In this document: positions 23,811-37,114 of the stretch, one piece after another | How positions within the stretch are numbered: position 1 is the first letter of the stretch | Layout of the letters: each line of letters begins with the position of its first letter | Assembly: GCA_030390025.1 (NCBI GenBank) | Contig: CM059432.1 | Span: forward strand, 118,112,001-118,176,000 | Length of the DNA stretch: 64,000 nucleotides | Reading direction: 5' to 3' | Source of the DNA: Squalus acanthias | Taxonomy: Eukaryota | Position numbers and translations under genes: made by a program | The notes under the pieces: model-generated | The model's input: the letters and a program-made list of their open reading frames with translations, nothing else | What the model was told of the DNA's origin: nothing | Database searches by the model: none

Positions 23811-25199
23811 ATAAAGAGGAGGTACCAGAAAGGCTGGCTGTACTTAAAGTTGATTAGTCACCAGGACCGGATGGGATACATCCTAGGATGCTGAAGGAAG
23901 TTAAGGTGGAAATCACGGAGGTATTGGCCATAATCTTCCAATCCTCCTTAGATACAGGATTTGTGCCAGAGGACTGGAGATTTGTAAATGTTACACCCTT
24001 GTTCAAAAAATGGAGTAAGGATAAACCCAGCAATTATAGGACAGTCTGTTTAACCTCGATAGTGGGACAGCTTTTAGAAGCGATAATCCGGGACAAAATT
24101 AAAAATCACTTGGACAAGTGTGGATTATTAGGGAAAGCCAACACGGATTTGTTAAAAGCAAATCGTATTTAACTAACTTGATCGAGTTTTTTGATGAGGT
24201 CACAGAGAGGGTTGATGAGGGCAATGCGGTTGACGTGGTGTACATGGATTTCCAAAAAGTGTTTGATAAAGTGTCACATAATAGACTTGCCAGCGAAGTT
24301 GAAGCCAATGGAATAAAAGGGACAGTGGATAGCATGGATACGAAATAGGTTAAGTGGCAGGAAACAGAGAGGAGTGGCGAACAGTTGTTTTTCAGACTGG
24401 AGGAAGGTATACAGTGGTGTTCCCCAGGGGTCGGGACTAAGACCACTGCTTTTCTTGATATATATTAATGACTTGGACTTGGGTGTACAAGGCACAAATT
24501 CAAAATTTGCAGATGACACAAAACTTGAAGTATAATGAACAATGAGGAGAATAGTGATAGACTTCAAGAAGACTTAGACAGCCTAGTGAAATGGCAGATG
24601 AAATTTAATGCAGAAAAGTGCAAAGTGATACATTTTGGTCGTAAGAATTGTAGAAAGTATATACAGATCCCTAATTCTTAATTTTTAATTCTCATATATA
24701 TTGAAATGCTTTGCCAGGCCAAAAGGTTTTTTTTCAAAGTGAAATAAAGTTGTAACAGACGGTCTTTCACTGATAAGTGGACATGGAATGTGCTTTGATG
24801 TGCTTTACTAAAAAGCAGCAAACATGGTTGTGACTACAGGGGGTAGTCATAGACAACAGAGATAAACAAATGATTTTTGGTGGCTAAAGGGGAGAAGTCA
24901 AACCTTTGAAATTTTGAAATGTAGAAGACGATGTAACACATGAAATGTAACCAAGTGGTTTTCTGCCACTTTTGTAAACTTTATGAGTGAATGAACAATT
25001 TTGGGCTTTGATAAAGGCAACTAAGGGATAGCAAAACAGGATGTGAGTGTGAACGTTTGACAGCTCAAACAACTTACATCGAACATTAAAGGAACATTTC
25101 ACTAGCTCTGATGATTGATTTACTGAGAAAGGCAAGGAAAACTGTATAAAACACAGTGGCTAAAGAATATCGGCACTGCAGTCGGAAGAAGGTGGTTTG

Positions 25200-25969
25200 G
25201 CCAGTCATCTCGTCTACGAGGATCAGGCTGCAGTTGGAAGGAGGGGCCTGGCCAGTCTTCAGGATTCCAGGAGGAATCAGATGGAAGGATGCATCCTAGA
25301 CAGCCCCTTTGTGGCTGGGATATCCATGATGGAATCATCTGCCTGCGGTACCAGTGACCACAACCCCAAGTCCCCTTTCAACATTTGTCCCACACCTAAC
25401 CTTCCCTCGGTTACTGACCATCACAGTGTCCTCTTGGCCACAATGCTGAAATAAAAGCCACCACAATGCAAACTTTCCAATCCAACTTTATACATCTATC
25501 CATCCAATATGACATCAAGAAATCAACTCATCACCCGTATGCATTCCCTTAATGACTGTCTTGTGTGTGCCTTTGCCTATCCTAGTGTTGTCATGCAGTG
25601 CTACCCCAGTGGCTGCAGCATGGCTGGTGGAAGGCTGCTGACTTTCAGTGGGAGACACTGCAAATGGCCTTGCTGGTCGACCATGAAGAGCTGGTGGCTG
25701 GGAGTGTCAAATCAAACTTCTTCTTCACTCTCCTCTCCCTCTTCTTGGTCAACCACTGGCTGGGCAGGTGCAAGTGTTGGGTGTGTGAAATGAGGAAGGC
25801 ACAAGGGTGGAGTTGTGGTGATGGGAGGGCGGGAAAACATGAGGATAATGTTTGAGGATACCAGCATCTTGAATTTTTGGCCGGTAGCCCTGCGGCCATT
25901 TTCAGCTGCCATTAACTCCAGTTGCTGGTGACACCAGCAATTCTGTTGGCGCAGACAAATTTTTCCCCC
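25200..25969 (-). mobile_element. Non-autonomous Harbinger fragment C
   Basis: ~25290-25830 is the reverse complement of ~33200-33830 (Myb last-exon remnant and intergenic region); TIR-like aattttttcccc at the right end. Confidence 0.65.
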
Positions 25970-26291
25970 TGTGCCTCTAGATACAAAACCAAGGGGCTAA
26001 ATTTGATAAGGCCTGAATATGACCACGGGGATCGTGATGCGCAATCTGCCCGCGCTCATTGAAAGTAATGCAGGCAGTACTCCCAATTAACATGATTGCA
26101 ATGCTGAGCCCAGTGTTGGACGCACTGCTGGTTGGCTCAGCGCTGAGCAGGGGGTCCAATATCGTGGGAAGTCTGATCTCTATTTAAAGGCTGCCTGCAG
26201 AGTGAAACGATGTCTGCACTTCTTAAAACGGATGTGCTTTCTGAAAGAAGCACCTCATTCTTAGTGGAGCTAAGGAAAGGGGAAGGTACCT

Positions 26292-27910
26292 ATGTCGCAA
26301 CAGGGCAGAGAAAGGGCACTTCCATTTTTGAATGCAGCACTGGAGGCCTTAGTGCAGGGGGTCGATAGGAGGAGACAGGTCCTCTGCCTGCAGCAGGCTA
26401 AGAGGACCTCCAGACCGACTGTATGAAGGCAGTGGGAGCAGATTGATGAAGCGGTCAATGCCACCAGTCTTTCCCCCAGGACCTGGATGCTGTGCCGATA
26501 GAAGGTTAATGACCTCACACGAGTGGTCAAGGTGAGTGAATGCATCTTCAAATGCCACATCCCACCAACTGCACCACTAGCCTCACACACTGCTCAATGC
26601 ACCACACCCCCATCACTCACCTACCAACAATCTCTATCAATCACCACTCATACCTCACAATCATAGCTTCACCTCACCCTCATACACTTACCAATGTTGC
26701 AACCCACATCTTACACCTTGCACATAATGCCAGCTATTCAAACATGACAGGCACATCACCCAACCTCATTGCATTACACTCACTGACACGCTTACCTTAC
26801 TCTTCCAGGACAAGGTAGTGCATAACCGGTGCAAGCAGGAGCTAACAGGTGGGGGTCAGGCACTGCAGCAAAACCTGACCCAGCTGGAGGAGATGGTTCT
26901 CGATATAATTGGAGGGGCCGTCACTGAGGCTGTGGCGAGCAGCGAGGCTGAAAGCATTGATGATGATGGTATGCTCATACCTAATCCTTCTTCTCACATC
27001 CCACTTCCCCCTCATCCCACAATCTCTTCCCACTTACAAGCTGCTGATGGTGTAAACTTGCACATCTTGCTTCCCCCCCCTCCCCTCACCACAACCCAAC
27101 CCTTGTGTCTTTCCCCATTCAGATATCCAAGAACTGCCATCAGCCCAGCTGATGTCCATAAACAACTAGAGGGGGTGAGTAATAGAGAAGAAGAGGCACC
27201 GTCACTCGATCTGACACTCCCAGGCACCAGCTCAGAAAATGTCACCGCGCAAACTTTAGAGGGTAGTACAGAGACGGGATCTGCACATGTTGAGTCACCG
27301 GGCATGAGTGGGCTGCAGCGAGGCCAGGGGGAAAGGGTAACACAGGTGCCAGCTCCGCGAAGGGTGAGCTCGCGCACAAGTTCTGCTGCAGAGGACTCAG
27401 GTGAGGACTTTGATGGGGTGGCCTTCAGAAGAAGGGTGAAGGGCATGCACACAGAGATGCTTGGTGCAATGGTAGGCCTCTTATCACTGTCAAGGAGCAT
27501 GGAGGAATCTGGCACCAACCTTGCACAGGGCTTTGCGCAGAGCATGGAGCCCATGATTTCCAGGATGGAAGTGATGGGCAACTCCATTAGAGCACTTGTG
27601 GACCCAACCATGATGCTGAGTTTGATGGGCGATGCCTTAGCTTCCATTGCAGCACAAGCAGAAGGGCCCAGTGTCTGAGTGCTGCAGTGGAAGTTCAGAC
27701 TTCTGCCACGCAAGCTCAGACTGCTGGCATCATGGTTGTGTTTACCAGTGTAGAAAGGGGCTTGCAACATCTCATGGCAGTCCAGTAATCTGTCCTCCAA
27801 CTCACTAGGATTGCTGAGGTGCTGTCCCGGGGGAGAGGCAGTGGCTCTGTGGAGCTCGAACCTGCTTCTCCCCTCTCAGGATGACAGCATTCGTATTTCC
27901 ACCACTGCCA
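26292..27910 (+). pseudogene. Harbinger Myb/SANT gene, 3 exons (~26292-26531, 26809-26968, 27123-27910), disrupted
   Basis: MSQQGRERALPFLNAALEALVQGVDRRR; PRTWMLCR*KVNDLTRVVK|gtgagt; DKVVHNRCKQELTGGG; EDFDGVAFRRRVKGMHTEMLGAM homologous to element A. Confidence 0.85.
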
Positions 27911-28270
27911 CTGTTGTAATGTGGGAAACGTGGCAGCCAATTTGCACACAGCAAGCTCCCACAAACAGCAACGTGATAATGATCAGATAATCTGTTTTTG
28001 TTATGTTGATTGAGGGATAAATATTGGCCAGGAAACCAGGGATAACTCCCCTGCTCTTCTTCGAAATAGTGCCATGGGATCTTTTACGTCCAACTGAGAG
28101 AGCAGACGGGGCCTCGGTTTAATGTCTCATCCACAAGACGGCATCTCCGACAGTGCAGCACTCCCTCAGTACTGCACTGGAGTGTCAGCCTAGATTTCTG
28201 TGCTCAAGTTTCAGGAGTGGGACTGTGACTCAGAGGTGAGGGTGCTACCAACTGAGCCATGGCTGACACT
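27910..28270 (-). mobile_element. tRNA/Deu-domain SINE (same family as 11750)
   Basis: Reverse complement gtgtcagccatggctcagttggtagc..gatgagacattaaaccgaggcccc..cagattatctga..cccacattacaacagtg. Confidence 0.85.
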
Positions 28271-28330
28271 GTGTTCTGTGACAGAGGGATGGTAAGGTGG
28301 GGAAGTGTTGAGCAACGAGGATCTGGCGTT

Positions 28331-28466
28331 TCAGTATGGGGAATCGGAGTCTGATGATGAGCTCACGGACAACCCGTCCGGAACGGGGATTTGCAGGCTC
28401 CTTTCCTCCTCCTCCTCCTCCACCTCTTCCTTCTCCTCCCCCTCCACCTCCCCTTGTTCATCCTCT

Positions 28467-28497
<31 letters not shown>

Positions 28498-29502
28498 GAG
28501 GTGGTCCCGGAACCCGTCGTGGCAAGGGCTGCACACTCATTAAGGACAAGTTGTGGAGGATGCAGCAGATCACCCACAAATTGGGACACCTGCTCCGGTG
28601 AATACTGGAGGGTTCTTCCTGAGCAGTCAAGGCAGTAGAACCATTGCTTGAGCACCCCGATGGGCTGCTCCATGATGTTCCTGGATGATTGCTAGCCATG
28701 AGTAGTGGGGTTACAGAGGGAAGTCAGGTGTAGAGCGGATAGCCCTTGTCGCCTAGCAGCCACCCTCAGGTTCAACGTGGTGGCTGGAAGATTGCTGGCA
28801 CAGTGGACTGGTGAAGGATGAAGGCATCATGACTACCAGCAGAATAGCGGGCATTCACCAGCATGATATGCTGGGCGTGGCCACACACCAACTGTACATT
28901 AAATGTATGGTACCCTTTGCGTTACAGTACATCTCAGCATTGATATTCGGCGCCCACAGAGCCACGTGTGTGCAGTCGATGGCGCCCTGCACCATGGGGA
29001 AGCCCGATATCCTGGCAAAGCCACATGCATGCTCCTCCTACTTCTCTCTGTTTAGAGAATAGACAATTGCATCCCTTCTCCTAGAGTACAGAGCCTCTGT
29101 GACCTCCCGGATGCAGTGATGGGTGGCGAACTGCGAGACTTTTGCTATGTCACCTGTTCCAGCCTGAAAGGATCCGCTGGCAAAAACATTCAGGGCCACG
29201 GTCACCTTGAGGACAACTGGTAGCATCGTTGTCGCCCTGCTCTGAGGCTGCAAGTCTGGTTCATAGAGGTGGCCCAGCTCTGTGACCACCTCCTTGGTGA
29301 AGCAGAGCCTCCGAATACGCTGCTCCTGGCTTAGGTGCCGGTAGGAGAAGTGCTCCCTGAAGATACGAGGTGGGTAAGGCCTCCTGCTGAGAGCCCTCCT
29401 GCCTCCTCCTCCTCCTCCCTCTGCAAGCAGCTTGTCTTTGTTGCCACTGCTCCATCTCCATGTCATGCAGCAGCACGAGGGGGCTGCAAGTAGAGCCCCC
29501 AT
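28331..29502 (-). pseudogene. Harbinger (HARBI1-like) DDE transposase, near full length with frameshifts
   Basis: RRPYPPRIFREHFSY, KVTVALNVFASGSFQ, GAIDCTHVAL, HDAFIL, LLGDKGYPL, NIMEQPIGVLKQWFYCLD, CCILHNL; acidic C-terminal tract. Confidence 0.9.
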
Positions 29503-29984
29503 GACTGGGAGCAAGTGGTGTACTCAGAGGCCTTCCATTAGCTGCCAACACCTTCCCAACATCCAGCAGCACTCCTTGCACACTTTAACAATGTTATAAA
29601 TGTCTTCCAGTAAGCCAGTATTCATATAAACTCTGCAAGAGCAAGTACAAGGGAAGTAATCAAACTACCTGCAAGTAGGATGTATCCGTTTAAATAGCAC
29701 TGATGGGGGATTCCCTCGTACAGCTGAATGTACGTTCAGTTATGCGTCTTTAGGAGAGGGCGTTGATTGGAGCAGCAACGTCAAAAATGGAAGGCCGTGT
29801 GCCACGATCTGCCGACTGTGCGTACTTCCAGCGCATGCACATCTCACCCGCGCTATTGCTCTCACCAAGATGGTGAACAACGCGGGCCGTGCCGGAACTG
29901 GGCGGAAGCGAGGCAGCCACCATTTTTTCTCCATATCGGTCTTAACTACTGCCGCTAAGGTGCCAAATTTCGTGGCCCAAGTAT

Positions 29985-31920
29985 TCTGATTGCCCTTTTT
30001 GTGGCTTGATCTAAATGTGCTGCCGCTTTAATGGCCTGCTAATCCGAACATCCGACTACACCTGTTCCTCTACTCCATTTAAAATCTCACCACTTAAGGT
30101 GTTCCTCCTTCTCTTATTCTTACTTGCAAAATGTATTGCTTCACATTTTTCAATTTTTGAACTGTATCTGCTGGCTATCGGCCCATCCTAATAATCTATT
30201 CAGATCCTCCTACGGTCGTTCAAATCAATTGTCACAATTTGCCATACCCCCCCAGTTTGGTGTCATTAGTAAATTTTGATATTGATCCCTCACTTCCAAA
30301 TTCCCAATCATTTATGTATATAATAATTAACAGCAGCCCTAACACAGACCCTGTGGAATACCAGTCACCAAATCTTTCCAGTCTGAGAAACTTCCTTTTT
30401 TCCCTACCCTTTCCTTTCTGCCCTCTAACAATCTCTCAATCTATGTGGGCACAGTCCCCTTAATTCCATGTGATATTATTGATGCAATTAGTCGCTATGT
30501 GTTGTTTTTGAAAATCTATATAAAGCACACTGGAGGTTATTTTGGTGAAAGGGTGAAAACAGGCACTAAATTGGTGCTGTGCTAATAAGACTCGCCTGTT
30601 TGAAAGTCTGGTTTTAGCACGCAATTTTGGTCCTAATTGCTGATCAACATAATTTGAACTTGCCTGGAGGTGCTAAACCAGACATCTGCAGGTTTAACAC
30701 TCAAGTGCGGATTAGACGCAATTTTCGTGGAGCAGTTTATGTGGGCTCCTCGCACCCATTTCGACTGAAGGTGTGGAGTGCTCTGGCTGGCACACAGCAT
30801 CACTGTGCAGGATGGCTCAGGGACCGAAGGAGAGGGCTCACAGGTTCTCGGACATAGCATTGGGGGTCCTGGTGGAGGAGGTCTCGAGGAAGAGGGATGT
30901 CCTGTACCCGTAGGGGGGAAAGACGCCACCTCGCTCTCCTCGCCCTCCTGTCCCTCTTTCCTGCAGCAGCTGGTGCTGCTCTGCCAGGCCTCATGACATC
31001 CTCCCATTCCTTGTCCAGACAAAGGGGACCCCTGGCAAGGTGCCCATGACCAAGCACTGCCTTTCTCCTGGTGACTCCTATAAGGTGCCCACTAAGGTCG
31101 AGTAGCACAGCACTCACTATTTTCAGGTAAAGTCCTCAGAGAATTTGCAGAATAAATGTTGCTCGAGTATTGGTTGAAATCTTGACAAAGCGTCCCAGAA
31201 AGTCTCCTGATGTGTTTCAGAGGTCCTCTTCACAGCACCAGCAGCAAGTGAACATGAAATGTTGAGTATCCCTTTAAGCAGCGCTTGAAATCCACATCAA
31301 TGCCGTGTTTACTCCTAAACAGCTGGTCATTGTTAGGAGAGAACATTAGGACAAGCGCTAGCCACCAAAATGCTGTGCAGCCTTCTTAATGAGCTCTAGC
31401 AGGCTTTTTAAATGACAGTCAGCCCCTAAACCAGCCTTCGGGTGGCTGTTCCTAGCGCGGCTTCAACTCTGTTACCAAGATGACTTCTTGCGCTAAACGT
31501 GGGCTAGACCACGTTTCAGCTCAAGACCCCATCTTGGCCACCTCGGACGATCGTTAGCGCCTGAACACGCTGCCGAAAATCGCCCCCACTCACTGTGTTT
31601 CCATCATCTATCCTCTATGTAATTTCTTCGAAACAAGGTTGGTTAAGTATGGCCTGCCTTTTAGAAATCCTTGCTGACTGGCCCTAATACTCCAAGTACG
31701 TAGCAGTTTAATTCCATGCTATAGATAACTGAAGTAAGACTAACTGGCCTATAATGTCCTGTCTTATTCCTGGTCAATTTTATCACCCTCCAGGCCTCTA
31801 GCACCATTATGCTTCACAAAAGAGTTTGGAAAATTATAGTCAGAGTCGCCACTCTTTCCCACTTCACTTCCCTCAGGATCATTGGCTGCAAACAATCAAC
31901 TGCTAGGGATTTCTCCAGCT
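29985..31920 (-). mobile_element. Old, diverged CR1 LINE fragment split by element E
   Basis: Reverse complement carries F.NDTKLGG and G.PQGSVLG remnants (30240-30370) and QQGFLKGR, NYRPV-like remnants (31640-31760). Confidence 0.65.
30532..31587. mobile_element. Non-autonomous Harbinger element E
   Basis: TIRs ggaggttatttt / aaaatcgccccc, ACT TSD; holds the Myb 5' stub (RFSDIAL..LVEEVSRKRDVL) on plus and a transposase 5' stub on minus; left end homologous to 52142 onward. Confidence 0.8.
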
Positions 31921-33298
31921 ATTCTTATTGCCAGGAGAAGATGAAGTGAGGAGGCGCATAATCCAAGCTTTAAAAATAATGAATGGAAATTGTAGAGTGG
32001 ATGCAGATACAATGGAAATTCAATTATCCACTAAAATGCAGGGATCCCCTGAGTGAATAACAGATAATAGCATATAATTGAGAGTCTCGAAATCTTCTCT
32101 ATTTAATTTTAAACTAAAAGTATTTTTTCTTCTTTTAATAATAAGAATGAAGAAAATGACTATAAGATAGAGGCTTAGAAATTCGAGTAGGCCGGAAACC
32201 TGCCAGTGCTGCCGCGGGCCAAAGTTAACGACCGCCTGCAATAAGAGCGCAGGGAGCACAGGTATTTTGGTGCTGCCTGCTGATTTACATTAGCGCAGCG
32301 CAAATCCTGTAGTGTAACACGCTGTTTCGGGCGGTACTCTCAGCAAGAGGCCCAATGTAGCGTGGCCGTAGTGTCCCCGGAGCGAGTCAGCGTTCTCTTA
32401 AAGCAATGTCGAACACTTAAAGGGGAACTGCATTCTAAAATGAAAATATAAAATCATTTTTAAATAGACAGTCTTTAGCCCTTAGAGCTCAACTGCCTTC
32501 TGAAAAAAAATAAACATTAAAAATAATTCCCAAAGGGCAGTCTTCAGTTCTTAAAGCTGAACTGCCTTCCGCACATAAAAAATGGGAAAAGTGCTTCAGC
32601 ACTAACACAAATGGCTCAACAAGCCAGGGAAAGGGCACCCAGCGTCTCGCACACAGAACTCCAGCTTTGTACAGGGGGTCAACAATGCAAGAGTTGTCCT
32701 CTACCCACAGGGGTCGGGAGGCCCTCCAGAAAGAAGGATGTGTGACCACATCACCAAGGCCATCACTGCCAGCAGTGTTGCCCCCACCACCTGGCTCCAG
32801 TGCCCAAAGAAGCTTCATGACCTCAGACCAGTGGTCAAGGTCAGTGAATGCATCTTCAAAAGCCATCTTCTACCAACTTCACCACTAGTCTCACACACTG
32901 CACATTGCATGACCACCCTCCCACCCCACTCATCACTCACCTACCAACAATCTGTACCAAACATGAGGCACACCTCCCATTCCTAGCTTCACCTCACCTC
33001 CTTGTAGGAGACGGTGCCGGCCATTCTTTGTAGGGGCATGGCTGAGCCCTTGGCCAGTGGTGGGACTGAAATGTTACAAGATGCTGGTATCCTCTTATGC
33101 TATGTTTCTTCTCACATCCCACTTCCCCCTCACCCCACAATATTTTCTGATTTACAAGTTATACATGGTGTAAGCATGTAGCTCTTGCTTTGCCACCCTC
33201 CCCTCACCACAACTCCACCCTTGTGCCTTCCTCATTTCATACACCCAAGAATTGCAGCCTGCCCAGCCAGTGGTTGACCAAGAAGAGGAGAGGAGAGA

Positions 33299-33385
33299 GA
33301 AGAAGAAGTAGAAGAAGAAGAAGAAGAAGAAGAAGAAGAAGAAGAAGAAGAAGAAGAAGAAGAAGAAGAAGAAGAAGAAGAAGAA
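33299..33385 (+). repeat. (GAA)n microsatellite
   Basis: Near-perfect GAA run, directly visible. Confidence 0.98.
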
Positions 33386-33885
33386 ACACCATCACTCAAT
33401 GTCAAACTCCCAGCCACCAGCTCCTTGAGGTCATCCTGCAAGGCCATCTGCAGTGTCCCCCACTGAAAGTCAGCAGCCTTCCACCAGCCATGCAGCAGCC
33501 ACTGGGGTAGCACTGCATGGCACCAGTAGGATTGGCAAAGGCACACACAAGACAGTCACTAAGAGAATGCGCAAGGGAAGATTAGTTGATTTCTTGATGT
33601 CATATTGGATGGATAGATGTTTTAAGTTGGATTGGAAAGGTTGCTTGGTGATGGCTTTTACTTCAGCATTGTGGCCAAGAGGATGCTGTGATGGTCAGTA
33701 ACTGAGGGAAGGCAAGGTGTGGGACAAATGTTGAAAGGGGAATTGGGGTTGCGGTCTCTGGTACCGCAGGTGGATGATTCTATCCCGGATATCCTAGCCA
33801 GAAAGAGGCTGTCTGAGTTGCATCTGTCCTTCCACTTCCTCCTCTTCTGCTTCTTCCTCTTCTGTGACTTCCTCTTCCCTCTGCG

Positions 33886-34030
33886 AGTGGATGCTGGAAA
33901 TCTGAAGTAAAAGCATAAAATGCTGGAAAAAGTCAGCAGGTCAGGCAGCATCTTGACCTGAGATATTTACTCTGTTTCTCTCTCCACAGATGCTGCCTGA
34001 CCTGCTGAGTATTTCCAACATTTTCTGTCT
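33886..34030. mobile_element. Inverted pair of short Penelope pLTR/tail fragments
   Basis: 33886-33952 (minus: cagcaggtcaggcagcatc) joined to 33953-34030 (plus: gacctgaga..gatgctgcctgacctgctgag); same family as 6785 and 7105. Confidence 0.7.
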
Positions 34031-35163
34031 TCTCAGAGGCCTTCCTTTACCATCTGAAGCCTTGCAAGCATCCAGCAGCACTCCCTGCACTCCCTGCACA
34101 CTTTAAAAACTTTTAACATCAATTGCACCAAGCCACTACTTGAATAAAATAGTTTTAAAAAGTCCAAAAGCTTAAATCCAAACTTACCTGAAAGATGTGC
34201 GTGTCCATTTAAGAAGCGCTGACAGCGTCTCTACAGGGCTGCTTCATGCAGACTTTTCTGAGTGTGGTTTGGACCCTGCGATAAACAGAGCGAGAACGTC
34301 CAAGTTTGCAGTCGTGGCGTCATGTCAGGCGTTGCACGATGATTGACGTCACGATCTGCTCATTTACATTTCAGGGACCAGCGCTGTCCACGGCAGTGCA
34401 ATTGCCCTTACCAAAATGGCGGCTGCCATGTCCCACGCCAGAGGCAGCTAGAAGGGAGGCGGACACCATTTTCTTCCAGAAAACCAGCGTTAAACCAGTG
34501 TTAGCGACCGGCGCAAAGGTAAGCAATTTCGAGACCATGGTTATTTTCTAAATACAACTTAAGGAATAACCTTGCCACACTGATTTTTTGAATAGACTAT
34601 CACCTAGTACAGTGAATTGGGTCGACTGTGTTAAAAAGTGAATTTTATAGATTATTATTTCAGTGATTATACAGAGGAATAAGAGTTTCGGGAAAAAGAA
34701 GGAAAAAAACAGCATTTGAATGAGTTCACTTGCCAATGTCAAGTACTTTGCTGATTTGTCATGATCTTTAGAACAGAGGTTAACCTCAGGCACATCATAG
34801 ATGCAACCACAATGAATTTATATACTCTAGGGTAATCATTGGCTGGAAAACTGGCCCTTAAATCATCAAAAAGGCTGATCCCACTTTTAAAAGGGCAATT
34901 ACAATAGCTAGTTAGGCTAGCAACAAAATGGGTAGAAACGGTTGAGTTAAAATAAGAAAAGGACAAGGAAAGAATAGGGTAAAAAGATGGAATGCGCTTA
35001 ATTTCAATTAAAAAAAATGTTTTAGGTGTTTAATTTAGTGGTTTAGGATTAATATTATGCTAATACAACTATTCCTGATGTTTGAGTAGTTGTATTATTG
35101 CGCATGATAACAAACAAAAGCAATGAGTGCAGGAAGACAGCAGTTTTACGAATTAAAGATTAA

Positions 35164-35892
35164 GGGCTAAAAATTGAGTCGTGCCCCATTTGGGGCGCTA
35201 ACCTCGCCGGGGCGCTACGTTTAGCGCCCCGAAAAAATTAGCACCCCCGCGCCGGAACTTGAGTGGTTGCGCTCCAAGAGGGAAGCGGGGCGCTACTGGA
35301 AGCACCCCGCATCCCTCTTGGGGCGCTGCGAGATATATCCTGGCGCTACTGCAGGCCTTCCTCCCCTTCTTAAAGGGGAGGGGCCCTGCGCAGCACGAAC
35401 CGGGGCCCAGCTGGGCCCCCAGGGATCGGGAGTGCCGGCAAAAGAGCCCGGCACTCAAGAGAATTGCCGGGCTCTTGGAGCGCAGCCGGCACTTCACGGT
35501 GGGGGAGCTTCACGGGGGCCGGGGACAGCAACGGGGGCAGGTGCTGGCAGGCGGCCAGCAACAAAAATGGCCGCCTGCCACCTCCCCTTTAAATATCGCC
35601 GCCCCGGCCACACGTACGCCCCCTGAACCCGTCGGACATAGCGTCTGGCGGTAAGTCAGGGGGCGCTACCGAAGATCGCGGCTGGAGCGCGAGCGGGGCG
35701 CTGCGCACGGCAATGACGTCATCGCCGGCGGCGCAGCGCCACAGGGCGCTACCGGCTGGCGCCGCCGCTAACCTCCCGCTGAATTTTGCGGGAGGCGTGG
35801 CCGGCGCTGCGCCCGGGCGTTAGCTGCTTTGTGCCCCATTAGCGCCCTCTTAAGGCGCTAACGGGAGGCGCAAGCAGCTGAATTTTTCCCCC
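35164..35892. mobile_element. Harbinger-type MITE family 2
   Basis: TIRs gggctaaaaatt / aatttttccccc, TAA TSD; CpG-rich; reverse orientation relative to 4091 and 49932. Confidence 0.9.
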
Positions 35893-37076
35893 TAAGAATA
35901 AACTTTTTTCTTTTTCCTAAATGATTCTCTTATTATCATAGTGCTTGCATGAGGGTTTACTAATATGTCAGCATTTGTACTTTTTTATCGATCGGGTGTG
36001 TGCCAACACCTGCATAAATTGTGTTTGACATGGATGAAACGAACAACATACAGCCTAAAACTGTGTTCCCAACACCAGGTTCCTGCTTTACCTGCACAAA
36101 CTGCCCTAGTGCATAGTGCATTGCCTGCTCCAAAAGTTGTGCTCAAATTCATTAGAATAATTATACAGTGAGCTAGTCAGATGGAGCAAGCAGAACTTCT
36201 GGCTATCCCGTCCAAATTAAAGGGGTGTTCCCACTTATAGGTGAGTGCCTGCATATGGGTACAAATATCTATTTGATCTTTATCAGGCTTCAAAATCAAT
36301 TTCACATTATTATGAGGCTTGGCCAAGGCACTTGGACAAGTGTGAATTAATTAAGGAAAGCCTGCACGGATTTGTTAAAGACAAATCGTGTTTAACCAAC
36401 TTGTTTGAGTTTTTTGATGAGGTAACAGAGGGGGTTGATGAGGACAATGCGGTTGATGTGGTGTACCTGGATTTCCAAAAGGCGTTTGATAAAGTGCCAC
36501 ATAATAGGCTTGCCAGCAAAATTGAAGCCTATGGAATAAAAGGGACAGTGGCAGCATCGATATCAAATTGGCTAAGTGACAGGAAACAGAGAGTAGTGGT
36601 GAACAGTTGTTTTTCGGACTGGAGGAAGGTATACAGTGTTCCCGAGGGATCAGTACTAGGACCACTGCTTTTCTTGATATATAGTAATGACTTGGACTTG
36701 GGTGTACAGGGCACAATTTCAAAATTTGCAGATGACACAAAACTTGGAAGTATAGTGAACAGTGAGGAGGAGAGTGATAGACTTCAAGAGGACATAGATA
36801 GGCTTGTGGAATGGCGGACACGTGGCAGATGAAATTTAACGCAGAAAAATGCGAAGTGATACATTTTGTTAGGAAGAACGAGGAAAGGAAATATAAACTA
36901 AAGGATACAATTCTAAAGGGGTGCAGGAACAGAGAGACCTGGGGGTATATGTGTATAAATCGTTGAAGGTGGCAGGGCAGGTTGAGAAAGCGGTTAAAAA
37001 AGCATACAGGATCCTGGGCTTCATAAATAGTGAGGTCGCACAACACCAGGTTATAGTCCAACAGTTTTATTTGAAA

Positions 37077-37114
37077 TCACAAGCTTTCGGAACTATCGCT
37101 CCTTCCTCAGGTGA
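37077..37114 (-). ncRNA. Second copy of the hammerhead motif in the inverted arm
   Basis: Exact reverse complement of 38643-38680. Confidence 0.8.

Larger units (their letters stand above)
20825..24650 (+). mobile_element. Older CR1 LINE (endonuclease C-terminus to RT), split by a younger CR1
   Basis: LGNSDHSIIRF, FNWRKANF (20916-21443); resumes at 23811 with SPGPDGIHPRMLKE, DFQKVFDKV, KFADDTK; frameshifts. Confidence 0.9.
25993..29977. mobile_element. PIF/Harbinger DNA transposon B (decayed two-gene element)
   Basis: Degenerate TIRs ggggctaaattt / aatttcgtggcc, probable CAA TSD, same gene layout as element A. Confidence 0.85.
32172..34536. mobile_element. Non-autonomous Harbinger element D with Myb remnant
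   Basis: TIR-like ggcttagaaatt / aatttcgagacc (TSD not matched); PTTWLQCPKKLHDLRPVVK|gtcagt; intron sequence shared with A and B. Confidence 0.7.

Noticed and set aside
33190..33546. Poly-Arg and poly-Ser ORFs
   Set aside because: Translations of the GAA microsatellite.
35164..35892. CpG island or host promoter with several GC-rich ORFs
   Set aside because: Bounded by TIRs and a TAA TSD and repeated in the window; the ORFs reflect high GC content.
36168..36240. Possible exon ending at AG|GTGAGT
   Set aside because: Stops in all frames from the nearest plausible acceptor; no recognisable peptide.
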